Source: Klebsormidium nitens (lineage: Eukaryota; Plantae; Klebsormidiophyceae). Taken from it: a stretch of 64,000 nt of DNA. The notes beneath the pieces were generated by a model. The model saw nothing but the letters and a program-made list of their open reading frames with translations, made no database searches and was not told the DNA's origin. The stretch covers positions 1 through 64,000 of the forward strand of contig DF237230.1 of the NCBI GenBank assembly GCA_000708835.1. The letters run 5' to 3'. The stretch's first letter is position 1. Each line of letters opens with the position of its first letter. Shown here one piece after another: positions 45,564-59,387 of the stretch. The position numbers and the translations under genes were made by a program.

Positions 45564-48500
45564 ATGGCGACTGGGGTGCGCGCCGCATCCAGGGCGCAGA
45601 GATATGGGGCCGCCTCGGTGGCGTCAGGTGCCACAGACGGGTGTGCCAGCTCGTTTTCCGCTTCTGTGACACCGTTCATGAACAGGAACCTCTTGTCGAA
45701 GAAGGGCCGTTCACTCGCATGGTCGGAGGGTTTGGGGGGTAGAAAAAGTGTGGCCGCTCTCATAACCTGCTCTAAGCAGTCTTCCATTCTTAGTCATTCT
45801 CCTACTTTGAAGCATGCTTTCCAGACGAACAGCATCAGACGGTTGGAATCAAGAAGAGGATTCAGCACTTCTTTCCGATGTCAATGCGCCCCCGAACAAG
45901 TTGCTGCAAAACCCACCTCCAAAAAGGACGATAAGAAAGATCCGGATAAAAAGCTGGCAGCATTTAGGGAGCTGCTGACGAAAGCGGGGGTCGACGCTTA
46001 CATCATCCCGTCAGAGGATCCGCACCAGAGCGAGTACAGTGCAGACTGCTTCAATCGGAGGGTGTACATATCGGGGTTTACGGGGTCGGCTGGTACAGCG
46101 GTGGTTACGAAGGAGAAGGCGGCGCTGTGGACCGATGGCCGGTACTTTCTGCAGGTGTGCATGCTTTTTGTTCCGAGGAAAGATCGACTGTGCTTGGGAT
46201 CTCAACTGGAGACTTGGAAGATTCTGACCAGAATGAAGTGCTCTGTAATCCTGCCTAAGCATGTGTGCTTTTGCAACGAAGACTGGGGTTTTGACAAGGT
46301 TGACCGCTTGGATGCTTCATCAAGATTCATCATGTTCGAACACCAAGGCAGTAGACAGCGGCGCATCGCCTGACATAACTGGGAAATAGGGTGCGATTGG
46401 CACTTCTAGAGTCCCCTTGAAAGTGGCCCAGTCTTGCTCTTCCTTTGCGGGCTCCTAGCAATGCTTTACACATAGTGAGGCTCTGTCTTTCAAACTGCCC
46501 CCTCCTCTAGTGGAATTCATAACCAGCATCATCTTGGCCGCAATTGAGTACGATCACTCCTCTTCTCCAGGGAGTTGCAATCATCACATGATCAGCCCGT
46601 TCACACCACCAGCCGCTCTCTCTGTGCAGGCTGAGAAGCAGCTCGGGTGGGAATGGACTCTGATGCGCTCGGCTCAACCGGGGGTCCCAAACCTAGAGGA
46701 CTGGCTAGCTGAAACCCTTCCCCCCAAATCGAAAGTCGGGATCGACCCGTTCCTACATTCAGCAGAGAATGCTAGGTCTCTGGGGGAGACGTTGCGGGCC
46801 AAAGATGTGTATCTGACGCCGCTGACTGAGAACAACTTGGTGGATCTAGTATGGGGAGAAGGGCGGCCGGCGCCGCCGCAGGCGCCCCTGAGAGTGCACC
46901 CGCTGAAGTATGCAGGGAAGGACGTGGGCTCGAAGGTGAGCAGAAAAATTTGCAGCATATTCGGACCTTGCACTTTGGTGTCCCTTTATTTAAATTGTTT
47001 CTGACTGGTCGTGAGCTTTGGACATTTGTGCAATTAGGAGACCGGACCAATTTGAGATAGTAGGAGACTCCCAGTATCTTTGAGCCACGTCCCTGTTTCG
47101 AAATATTCTTGCGATTCGAGCTTGGTCACTAAGTCCGAAGGGGCGCCAAACAAAGGCAGGCGGTGAAGATAGTCCTATTCTCTCTCTTGTTTTCGCTATG
47201 GGCGGTTATCCAAAAATAGCTGATGGATGCAGGCGCCCAAACGCTAGTCATTGCTACGCTGGGGCGGGTCTCCATAACGGAAGAGTCCTCACTTTGGGAA
47301 AAGTCCATCAAAAACTTCAGTGAACAGACCCAGTTGACTACGTTCGTCTGTGGTCGTAGTTGGCGGACGTTCAGAAGCGATTAGAGGAGGCGGGCGGGTC
47401 GTAAGAATGTCGAATGAAGTGCTTCTTTTAACAAGTGATTACGGAAGGGCTCGTTGTCGAGGTTGTCAAAGCCCGTTCAAAACCATCTTCTGATCGTATG
47501 CTGCAGTTCGCGGACGTCCGGAAGGAGCTGGTGCAGGTGTCCGCATTCTGAAGGGCGTACAAATGCTGACGAACATTCAAAAAGCAAACAAAGACCTTAC
47601 GATTTGAAAAACTTGTCAGAAAATGTTTGCGTGATTTTTTTTGGCCTTGTCGTCGCAGTTGGCGGACGTCCGAAAGCAGTTGGCGGAAGCGGGTGCCAAA
47701 ATTCTGGTTGTGACGATGTTAGACGAGGTGGCGTGGCTGCTGAATATACGAGGGGGCGACGTCCCTCACTGCCCGGTGGCCATAGCGTATGCCGTGGTGG
47801 ACGATAAGGGCGCGCGGCTATACGTCGAGCCGGAGAAAGTGACGCCCGAGGTTGCGGAGCACTTTGATGTAAGCGGATCTGTACAGAGAGTCTCCTTTTT
47901 CTTTCATGTCTCTGCAGCGGGAAGATCGAGAAACGCAGCTATCTCGCATAGATTTGCTTGGTTAGCAACTGACTTGTGCTGACGGGTTTTGGGGCTCCGT
48001 CGTCAATTGGCAGGCTGTGTCTTTCTTACACTTTCCTCTTGTTATCTTGGATCTTCCCTCCTCCTTTTTACCCTCCGAAAGTCAGGCCAGTTAATTCGCA
48101 TGGTAAACCCTGCCTCGCTACTTTGGAACACAATCTACCTCACAGTTCGTTGTTGGCACACCTAGGAACGGAACGGAACGGAACAGAACGGAACTGTTCT
48201 TAGCTGGAGCAGGTTGCATCTGTGGTTTTGGTCAGACTGCTCTTAGTGGATAGGAATCAGCGCTTTGATGGACGCACGCTCTGTTATGCGGATGGACGTC
48301 GGCCCCCCTATCGTTCGCGTCATTTCCAGCCGGGTTCTCAGAAGACAAAAGCATGTGCTCTTGTTGTGAGTTGTGGCACTCCTTCCCTCCCGTTCCATCG
48401 ATTCCTGCCTGACATGTGCGTCGACTGCGGGATTCTTCCTAGTTTTCATGCTATCTACATGAGACCAACCGCTGTACTTGTAACTGTCCAGGTTAGAACT

Positions 48501-51500
48501 CGCGAAGGGGTTATGTATCCAATGCTTTTGAACTCGTCACAACTGGATGGCACTGCAGCTCCCGCGACGAGAAGCTTGACTCTGCTTTCAGAGAGGTCGA
48601 TCTTACATTCCCGCGGCGGTCTGCGAACAGATTGTTTATGACCGCAGAACGGAGCAACGGTGGACGAAGGATCGCATTCGTGATTTACTCACGAATGAGG
48701 ACTGGGGGGTTCCGGCGTGGTCGAATCTTTCAGAGGAAGACCGGAAGGATAACGACAAGGCCACCCAACAGCTCCTTGCCGCTTTGGGGGAGTCGGGACT
48801 CTCCGCAGTATACCGCCCTTTGCTATCATTCGCGAGGGTTCTTTTGCCAGATTATCTCATAAGCAGGTTTTTTAATGGGAGTTGGTGGCTTTTTGACTTC
48901 AGCCCGTCTGACAAATATTCGTCCAATATTTTTATGCAGAGCGAAAACGTCACTGTTAGGCCGTACACCGCCCTTCTCGGCGACCTGGCAGAGTATGCGG
49001 CGGCCGGGGCGGTCGCCATGATGGATCCCGAGCGTGTTAGTGCGGCGGTGTTCAAGTCTTACCAGGACGCGGTGGACAAGTACTACGAGCCGAAGAAGAA
49101 GGGCGACGGAAAGAAGAAGAAAGCGAAGAAGGGGAGCGAGGATGGAGACTTAGGCGGCCCGGCTATCATATGTGAGTCGGCTCATTTGCAGCATGGGAGG
49201 CCTGCAATGTCATCCGAGGTCTCGCTGGACTTTGCTCTGCAAGGACAGCAAGTGACTCATTTTGACTTCGAGGTTTGCTTTTCTTAAGCTGCCCGTCCTC
49301 ACAATGTTCCAAAAAGCGGTTGAGACGATACGACTGGCTGCCTGAAAAGGATTGTTGTGAGAAACCGGTCACTGGACCAAGGTAGCCAAACGTTCTTCCG
49401 TTGGCGGTTGCGGGCCTTCTGCTTAGCCGGAACCATTAGGGTAAGGAAGACGTGGACCGAAGCTTTCAAACAATCCTTAGAGCGCCCGCCTGGTATAGAG
49501 GGCGAAGCCGATCAACGAGCCGTAACGAAACGGAGCAACAAGGAGGCTGCCAATGATTTGCCTCTTATAAATCGTCAATCCAAACGTTATGGGCGCTGCG
49601 CTTTCAATCGCCAACACTACCAGAACGGCAGGTCGAGCGTCCAACGATACCGATCGTCGGCTCTCAGGCACAGCCACACTAGCTCGTACGACCGCCTGGG
49701 TGATGACGTCAGCGATCAAGCACAGCGATTTGAACTGACCGCGGGCGAAAAAGCGCTCCACTCTAAGTGCGTCACTTTGCATAGCTTCCGTAAGTTGTAA
49801 TAGTATTTGCAGGTACTGTTGAGACGCATGGAGGCCAGGGGCGAGGGTTGTCAGTTTTCTGCAAGCAGGTGGTTTCACGAATGGCCGAAACTTCCTTAGG
49901 CCATCCGAAGTTGGACCCCGGTTTCTTTGGTAAATAAGTACACTCTAAATAAACTAGCATGATACCACCTATTATCTTTTCCCGACCGACCGACCCACCC
50001 AGAAGGGGGTTAGAACCGGAAACTAGGAAGTAACTTTGACCCACCTCATGCTCGGAGAAACTAAAGCGTGTTTGTCGATGTGACAGCCCGCTCGTCTCCA
50101 ATCACGGCTGCGAAGGCGATCAAGAACGAGGGCGAACTGGAGGGGATGCGGCAGGCGCACCTGCGAGACGCGGCCGCTCTGGCCAACTTTTGGGCCTGGC
50201 TCGAGAACCTGATTGTGGATGAGAGGAAGTCCATCTCGGAGGTAAGAACAGCGGCTCTTTCGCTGTTTGAATCTCTTGTCATCTTTAGTTCCGTTCGTTT
50301 TTGAGATACGGTCGCCCTAACGAACCTCTGGGCACCTGATCGTCTAAGAATAGAAGTCCATTTTGGAGGTCAGACCTGCGGCTGGTTTTTGGTGTTTCAC
50401 TTACTTTGTTTCCTGCTTTAGGACAACGGCCGCCCCCGCCAAAGGTCATCACAACTGCTCTGCTCCGCTACTTCGTGTTTCATATGCTTTCGATCATATG
50501 CTTTCGATCTGCTGAGATCAGAAGCGGCCGCGCCTAAAGTATGGGCCTGGCTCGAGAAATCAGTTGTGCACGAGAAGAAGTCCGTTTCGAAGGTCAGTAC
50601 AGCGGCCTTTTTCCGGTTTGCGTAAGGATGTGGAGCCAGAATAGAAAAAGTCTAATCATCGATGGGATAGACGAGTGGTCCTGTGTCGAGATGCGGCCGC
50701 CCCCACGCTTCTCTTGGTCTCAAAGCAAGTTCACCTCGGAGCAGCACATCAGCAGACTCATGCCGATTATATCCGGTCCCACATCTGGCACTGCCATGTG
50801 ATCATCGAGCAATCGCACCCACACGTTGTAGGGTTTGGCAATGACGTCCTCCTTGCTTGCGCAAAAGGCGGAGTGCTATAGCGTCGTCAATTCTCCACTG
50901 TTTTCAACATTGAAAAGCAGTAACACACATGCTTTCAGTAGTTGCGTGTGTTACTCCTAAAGAAATGGCGAAAAATGGCTTCTTTGAAAGCCTTTTGCTA
51001 GATTCTGTGCAAAGAAAGCGCTTGGTCAAGTTTCGGGTTTGTTATGCAAGATGTGGGACCGGTTATAAATGGCATGAGAGAGCGGCTCTTCTTCGCTGTT
51101 GTTGTATCATTTTGATTCTTTCACATGTTTCCTATCTCCTTAATCTTCTCTTTGCGGCAAGGCTGAAGCTAGCCAGACACCTGATCGTACAAAAGCCACC
51201 TGGAACTCTGTCTGAAGGTTTCTATTTTGAAGCTTTCGTTTTCTCTCTTTCGGGTTTGTAGCAATCGCGCGCGTTTGTTCACCCGCTCTTCTATCTACCT
51301 TCTTCTGTTACTCGCAGTGATACTGCAACCGCCTCACTGACTTTTCGCTTCAGCGTTACAGCTTTGCTTGGCGCACTGTAGTGTTTCGTGCCTGTTATTG
51401 GTATGAAGCCTAACCGTTTCTTATTCGTATAAAGCCTATTTCTTGTAAACGTCAACCTGCAGTGCTCAGTATGAAAGAGGCAATGAGCTTGGGTTGCAAC

Positions 51501-53249
51501 CCATGCCCGTGCAGGTAGAAATTGCGGAGAAACTAGAGGGTTTCCGAAAGGAGCAGTCTGGCTTTCTGGACACGTCCTTTGACACCATCGCGGGCGCTGG
51601 ACCCAACGGGGCCGTCATCCATTACCGGGCGGAAGAGGGAACATGCAGGTGGGCTCTTTGCGCTGCGAACCGCTCTTTGTGGCGCTGCTATTCGGCTACG
51701 TGGCACACAAAATTGTGACACGATCGTCAGTGTGACTGACACAGGTTCTTCCAAGGCTGCGCAAGTGTTTCTTCTTTGCTGCTTCTATTTGGCTCTCCTT
51801 CGGGCGGTGTTCGTTCTCCGCTTGGCCTGTGCAGCAACCCCGGAAGTTTTGTGTACGGCACCAACAAGAGAAGAGTTCATTGACGACCACTTCCCATTGT
51901 TCGATGCTTCGAAAAGATCGATTCACGTAGTCGCATTATGCGAGATTTGGACTGAAAGTGCGCTGTTTTGACGTTTTTGCAGAACGTTAGACAGCAGCCA
52001 GCTGTTCCTCCTCGACAGCGGCGCTCAGTACGTGGACGGAACGACTGACGTCACCCGGACGGTCCACTTCGGGGAGCCGTCGTCGCGGCAAAAGGAGGCC
52101 GTGACGAGGGTGCTGCAGGTAAGCATGACGTCAGCTGGAGGGGTCACATTCTGGTCATCTTTCTTTTGTCACGCGTTGTTGAATCCCCTCACTGGGATTT
52201 GTGAGCTAAGATCTTTTTAGTGACGAGATCTTAACGGAACGCACAGCAATACTGGCGATGAAGCAAGGCCTATCATGGTCGCGAGGAATCTGACGCTTAA
52301 GAAGCAGAGTGTGAGAACCCGTGGAAGGAGCACGCGGACTACAGTTTTCAGTTCTGGACCCGCACAACAGCTGTTACCCGGTGCGCGAGCTTCGAAAGAC
52401 TCAGGTGTAGCTTGAGCGGTAACGTAGCCTTGACTAGTCTGCTCTTGACTGACTGATCGTAACCCACCGGGGGCTCGAATACCTGGCATGCAAATACTAG
52501 ACTGTGACTGGGCGGGCCAAAGCCAAGCGACCGGGTGACCAGAAAAGTAACCAGTCTTTGAGCCACGCGTACATAGACTACCAATTGGTGTGGGGGTCCA
52601 GAATTGAAAACTGTGGTCCACTTTCTCCTTCAATGGGTTCTGTGAGGCTTGTGGGCACGGTAAGACGGTATCGAACTGCGAGATTGCTGCTGCAGTGCTG
52701 GTCGTGGCGCTTGTGCTCTCTGCCCTGATTCCGACCGATGCCAGCTCCCCTGACGTCACATGCTGTCGGCCATGTTCTGCCCTTGCAGGGCATCACTTTC
52801 TGGACTCCCCAGCTGGTCTATCCGTGGTCTACCTCCATCGATATTCATCTCAAAACTCGTAAATCCGAACCGCTGCTTGCGCTGAAAATCAAGGTCAATC
52901 CGGTTGTTGAAATGAGCGCTTTCAGCGCCCCGTCGCGGTACACAGCTCCTTTCGAGCTCTCTTTTCCCGCCCGTAAAACGGATGCAGCAAGCCAATTGTG
53001 TTCTCATTCCTTTGGGCCCTGCTCGGGGATTGGTCGCAGACACGTCTGGTATGCTGGGCTTTCTGCGTACGAGGCTTCAACTGCTACCATGTTCGGATTT
53101 GAGATCTTTGGCCTCGAGGAACAGCGCTTCTTGCCTACAGGGCCACATCGCGCTCGACCAAGCGGTGTTCCCGGAAAAGACGCCGGGTTTTGTGCTGGAC
53201 GTGTTGGCGCGCCGGGCGCTCTGGAGCGACGGCCTGGACTACCGGCACG
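45564..53249 (+). CDS. APP2: Xaa-Pro aminopeptidase (aminopeptidase P, M24B) with an N-terminal transit-peptide-like extension; 3' exons not found in the window
   Basis: Frame-consistent exons: 45564-46154, 46630-46935, 47659-47868, 48940-49171, 50087-50241, 51515-51648, 51983-52118, 53141-53249. Motifs: [105 protein letters not shown]. The APP2 subtype is inferred from the Ser/Arg/Ala-rich N-terminus. Confidence 0.9.
48166..48196 (+). repeat. (GGAAC)n microsatellite
   Basis: ggaacggaacggaacggaacagaacggaac; the reverse-complement motif also occurs at ~29490-29515. Confidence 0.8.
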
Positions 53250-56200
53250 GTGAGCCTTTCCATCTGTCTCTGTCATCCAATTTATCGGAAATCCTTCTTT
53301 CTGTCACGTATTATCGTCCTCTGATGCCACATGTATCATTAGTTATGGGTCAAGATGGGTGACAGAGAGCGACAAATTTCTATGCTTGGCTTGGGGTGAG
53401 ATGTAAGAAACGGCGAGAATGATAAGAGAAGCGTCTTTTGGCTTTCACTTCTTCTTTGCCATGGGCAACACGATGTTGAGGCCGTTAGTGCCAGCATATT
53501 CTTCAGACTAGACCCATCCCCTCCCTCTAGTTGACAGACTGGGCCCTACCGCACAGCTTCATGTGGTTTCGTCTTTTTCCCCACTTGATTGCTCTCATTG
53601 AGTACTTTGCTTTGCAACTCAAGACTCTGTCTGTGCTTTGGAAGGTCTTTTTTCTCTCCTTCTGTTGGGTATGCGGGTGAGATTCCTTCATGATTGCGGT
53701 GGGTGTGATGAGGGGTAGAGATTCACCTCAAAATAAGTGAAGTCTTGGCCCTCTTTGAGATGCCTGATCTCAATCAGCGTCTTGCCCTCATCGGCTTCTC
53801 TTTTTCTGAACACCAGTGTCGGGCGCATCCCGCACAGGAATTTCAAATCTAACGAAGCTCCTCCAGAGAGTGTTGGTTAGCGAGTTCTGTAGTGGACGAA
53901 CTTGACGTGTCGTAGAGCAATTGCGTTCCCGTGAGTTGCTGTTCGTCCTTTGCACATTCTGAGACACTCTGAAAGCGTCGTTGTAATCCTGCAAAGACGC
54001 ACTTGCAGTCGGGGCCCTCTCTTGAGCCGAAATCTTCCGGTTGATGCATCTGGAATGGGAACGTGTTTGCGTATGGAGCATCTGAATATCGAAGCACAAG
54101 TAAGATAAGAAAGCCACGGCTGTGTGTGGATTTTTCAAACCATTGTCCTTTCAGAAAGTTGTGGAGGCTTACTGTGCTTACCCTGTTAGTGCCGCTGAAG
54201 GAATCCACGGCGCTTATCAAATGTGGATGATATGGCCGTTACGAGCTGAAAGTGAGTCGCACGACTCAAGAGCGCTTTGCTGCCTCCGATGGCTGTTCGA
54301 GCCTGGGCTCCGTGCAGATTCTTTGCAATTTACCTGGCCTTTGACTTTTTCCAAGTATTATGAGTTGTTGTTATCAAAGGTCAGCCGCTTCAAGCTTGGC
54401 GGGTTCTGCAGTGTGTAAAGTTTCGTGATTACGTACTACCGCTTTGTCTGCGATTTGATTTCTGCTTTTCCTGGGCGGATGTCACATGGCTTGTCATAAC
54501 GAAACGGTCCCCAGCCTGGCTGGAATGACTCGCGTTGTGTTTCTTAGAAAGACGTGGACTGAATATTTGGGTGTTTGTCGATTGGCCGGCTAATGGATGT
54601 GAGCTGGTTGACTCAGGTGGTTAAAGCACGCATAACTGTTTTTTTCCCGTGACAGCTAATTTTCCCGCTCCGAACATCCTCTTTGTTTCAAAAAGCTGCA
54701 CAGTCCTCGATCTCACAGACTCAGTACAAAGGTCAACCAACATTTTCAGGATTGTTGACAAGAACGACGGTTTCAAACGGGTTGATATGCGGACTACCAC
54801 CTGACGCGTTTGACTCTGTGCAAAGACCCCTTTGCAGTGGAGGTGAGGGGTTAAAGCGGAGAGAAGCGAAATCTTTTTACTTAATCCGTCGACATTTCTG
54901 GATCCAATGTTTGGAAGTCATCCCATACAACATTCGTTATCCTTTGACTTTCAACGTTCACTAACTCCTGGCTATGACGGCAGGTCCTTGAGTTTCTTAA
55001 CTCATGCTGAAGTTTGGTCTGATGCTAGGGAAGTCGTAGCGGACGTGCTCGTGCCTCTCTCTCTAGTTGTCGTCCTCCACGAGTTCAGAACATCTAGATT
55101 GATAGACTTCTGCATCCACGAGCAAGTCGCAAGTCGTAACCCTCTCTCACTTACCTTTTTCTGCAATTCTCGGTACTTAGGCCGAAACTTTGATGGACGT
55201 TTGGAGGTCGATTCTTCAAAAGCGTTTGGAAGCTCTTTCCTTGAGCCGCGATCCAGACCCAACCCAGTCACGGCTCCGCGATTCAGTTTGCAGTTCGTCG
55301 TTGGTGCCTGTGGGTTGCTTGATCTGGGAGAGCCGCTCACTTGCGACTAAACCTGCTCAATTGCGCTTTCCTTTTCTGCACGGGCAGTTGTGGAGTGCCC
55401 GGCCTGCTCATTTGCGACCACGTGTGAATCAAGAAGCCACTAGAAGCGAGCACTCTAGCAGTGAGAGCTGTTTGGTGTTACCTAAAGACTCTCTCTTTTC
55501 AGCCGAATTGCCTTGTTCTTGCGCGCAAAGCTTTGCACTCGGAGTCGAAGCGCCTTCAAGAAGCGCTCCACGTGCTTAAGACTTTTGTCTAAAGACGCCG
55601 CTCGCTACAGTAGCATTTCGGTAAGTTCTTTTCAGCGAAGTCCGGATTGGTTCTCTTCATTGCGTTCGACGATCGGACCATTACTTGTATCTCGATGGTG
55701 ATTTCCTCTCAGCTGTGTGCTGCGGGGCTAGGATGAACGACTGTGCTGTGGCTCAGCACGGGTGGGGTTCAAACTATCAGACCCATCGCAAGACTTTGGG
55801 GCGAGAAACATACGTAGAGTGGACTGTCTTTGCTACTTGGGACTTGCAGCAGATTGTTCTCTGATTTCAGCCTTGACCACATGGCGCACAGTCAGACGGA
55901 CTCGCAGACAATCACACGCTGGAACGATGTACTCTTTTTCGTCTGCTTGCTTGAAGCTCTTTTAAAGTCGTGTCTGCGCAGTGGATTGTCCGAGCAACTT
56001 AGCTGACATCACCTTTGAATATGATGAGGTGCATCCAACAACTTGCGACCCGTCTTTGCACGGATCTATTGTCGCTTGACATAGTGTGTCAATGATCCTG
56101 AACTCGCCTGGGTGGTCCTGGCCCATCCTTACTTCAACACGTATCCATAAGTTGCCCAAACATGCCTGGCAAGCGTTTTTGGGGGGCGTGACGTTCCTGT

Positions 56201-58134
56201 TCTTTCTCTTCCATGCGCTCTCTACTCTCTGCGCTTGCCCTTGTATCAACATCATCAGGGCGCTCGAGAAGAGTCAAAAGAACGGTCGTAAAGTGCGTAT
56301 GCGATCTGCGTTTAATGAGGCTACGATGCCACTAACTTGGGCAAGTATCCGGCCCATCAACGTGCTGAGGTGTTGTTGGCTGATGCCAAACACTCCGACG
56401 AAAGTTCCTCTGCTTCTACTCACTGCCCGACTCTAACAGGATTGCGGTTCTCAAGATTCCCGAAATGATGCTTAACACTCCTTTTGCGCGTGTAAAGTCC
56501 CCTCCTGGTTATGAGCTGTTGCCCTGACCCTTTGCAGCTTTTCCTAAGTCATTTGACTATGTTGAGAAGTGGATTGCACTCCAATCAAGCTTTGGCACCG
56601 CTGTCAGGAAAGATTATCGCGCACCCTTACTGTGTGCTCAGTCTTTGAAACCATCCCTATCAAAGTGGGCCTGGCCTCCTTAAGCGCCGTTTCTTGGACC
56701 ATGGGACAACAGACGGCCCGAGCTTTTCACTGTTTGCTTGTCAACTGACGGAATTCCTTCAAGAGAGCTCTATTGTTGCAATGGCTATGACGAAGTGAGT
56801 CACTGGCTAGCCCAATGCAATCCACTGTCTGTTCTCGGTAGGTTCTACTCAGAGGCCAGCGGAATGACTTCGAGTTAAAAGTTGGTCTCTCTGCCACTCT
56901 TGGCGTTCCGCTTCTGGCTGATTACTCGAGGATGGGCGAGGGACTTTCGGTTGTTCGGTGACTGTAAATCCAAGTGCGGTATTCATGCACCTTGCAGCAG
57001 AGCTCAATGGTAGGCTTCTCAAAATAAATTTTCGGTTTGATGTCTCCTTTAGAAGACTCAAAGCTTGTCCGAGTATACAGGCTTCTTTGAGCGCTTCTGG
57101 TGCTATTCTCTTTGCACCATGCACCGGGAGAACGTGACCAAAGTCAACGGTTGCGGGTGCTTTGTGACGTTCGCTGGCGACTCGTGCTCTGCACATGTTG
57201 ATCCAAGCTTGGTTCAAACGATGACGGAAGGTGGTGTGATATGGGCTCCTCATGCGGTGGTGATTGAGTCACACCAAGGGCTTGGAGATACCGGTTGCGC
57301 GGTGTTTTGCAACGTTTTGCGGCACGAAAAATTCGAGCCACCTAGCGAACTGACTGCTGCCTTAAAAACAATTAACTTCTCCTCGTAGTCAATTCAAAGC
57401 AGTGCCTAAGATCCTGTTGCCCCGTATCGGACTTCAAAGGTTTTGCCACAAAGCGGCCACGCCCATGTTCATGCGTGATGGGCTTTGAATACAGGTTTTG
57501 CATTTGTTCTCTTGTGGATCGCCCCGACTTGTCAAGTCGGTAAGCGAATCCAATGAAACCCGATGGTTGTCCTTTTCAGGTTGACGGCCATTGATGGCTT
57601 TGATGCTTGGAAAGGGCGAGGATGGATAAAACGTGGGAAACCGGCGCTACCCACATGCGCGGCCAGTCCACTGCTGATGCCACAATTTATTTAAAAAAAT
57701 TCTCAAAATCGTCGTGAAAAAGGATTGTTTGGGCGCCTGACAAATTGCAGTGTTGCTAGAAACTCTCCATAGGAGTCGGCCCTCAAAAGGTTCCGTGTCC
57801 CGAGTGTGCGACGTCACGCTTTGGTTCGCAGCATGGGCCCTTGCGCCGCTGTTACCCTGCTCTTTTTGAGAGCGGTTCTCATGTTCGATTGCCTGACTCG
57901 GTAGAAGAACGGTTATTACGCCTGGTTGAAGCTGTTTCGCCACTCGGTGATTCTTCAGTTCGTCATCCGGAGACTGACTGTGATGCACGTACTGGGCAGT
58001 TGTTGGTGGGATCCCTAAGGTTCCCATTTTTCCTCATTCTTGGAGGACGAAACCGGTGCCCGTTTCATTGTGGTTGAGTTTTGCAAGCAGCAGAGACAGA
58101 AGTCTGTCCTTTCGGGCAAGTTTTTCACACCATT

Positions 58135-59387
58135 TTCCCGTCACAACCGCAAGTAGGCACTGTGGGATAAAACTAGCATCTCTTAGGCGGGCGACGTGGG
58201 GCTTGTCCTGCTATGTCCAAGTATGATAGGCGCGCTTTTTCTGCGCAAATCTTTGTATCCAACTTGGTGACCTCAGTCTTGTGAGCGGCTAGGACGAGCG
58301 TCCGACTGAGGTTTTAAGCTCATAGATGGATGAGGAGATTCCGATGCCGCTGCCTTAGAAGCATAGGAGCGCAAAGTATAGTCTCTTAAAAAGTGTCTAC
58401 GGCTTCTACCCTAGGTATTGTGCGCGCAAGTCCTTCCAGGACAGATTTCACTTTTTTTGTTTGGATGACGCGTCTTTCTTCTGCTGAATGATTCTGCTCT
58501 ACTGACTAGAAGCGCGGGACCAACAACAAGCCATTTTCACGAGGACTTGGGCTGATGGCCTGATGGAAATGTCAGCATTTCGAACGTTCGCATAAGCGTT
58601 TATTTGGCCCAGGGTTCTGGTCCCAACTCAAAGGCCAAGATGGCTTTTCTTCCGTTCGTTCTTCCTCTTTGCAGACTTGGCTAGGACGATAGTATTGCGC
58701 CGCTGCGCAATAGCTCTTCCAGCTCACGTCGCTGACGCCACCTCTACGCCACTTCCTTGTATTTGTCGCATCTGAGCCACGTTTCTGCCGTTCGCATCCA
58801 TGGGGGTCCAGCACTTTTCCAATACGCGGTGCATGCTTCCAATTGACCCCTGTACTTGCGCAAATGACGCCGGTACCACAATTCATGACTATCTTGCGTT
58901 TTTAAGATTCACCTGTTGCAGACGGCCAAGATGAGAAGCGTAGCGGGCTGGTCCACGGTCTTTATCGTGTTCTGGACAGAAGGCGATGTTTATTCCGTTA
59001 TCTTGTGTAGGGGAGTTGCGATAGGCAAGGGATTGGGATGATTCGTTGCACTCAAGCTCCATTCTAAGCGTGGGTTTCTCTGACTGGCAGTACCGCATTC
59101 CATTTCTGGCAGCTTCGAGCTTCTGTGTCACTTGATCGAGATGAGCCGGGCTTCGTCCCATGCCTTGATGCAAGGTCCCCGCTATTCGGTGCCCTGTATG
59201 CATTTCTGTTTCAGGCGTTCGAGGCTTGCACGTTTTCGGGGTTCTTATGGCTCAGGGTCCAAAATCGAGTTTGCATCTCGCACACACGTCTTTGCTGGCA
59301 AGGACGAAAACGCCACTGAGGTCGCCTCAGAGGGCTGCAACATTCAGGAATGCCGCCTCCAGCAACACGTCGACACCAAAGCTGGTC
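58135..59387. repeat. Copy A of a decayed direct duplication (offset ~1.82 kb)
   Basis: Matches 59955-61222. For example gtatccaacttggtgacctcagtcttgtgagcggctaggacgagcgtccgactgaggttttaagctcatagatggat is identical in both copies. Confidence 0.9.

Noticed and set aside
50478-50508. Short direct duplications (catatgctttcgat x2 here; catgcttctttt x2 at ~60950; ttcttaacctgcgttt x2 at ~8041)
   Set aside because: These are ordinary slippage-size duplications with no further structure.
54605-54635. tRNA D-arm-like gactcaggtggttaaagc
   Set aside because: There is no T-arm/B-box downstream.
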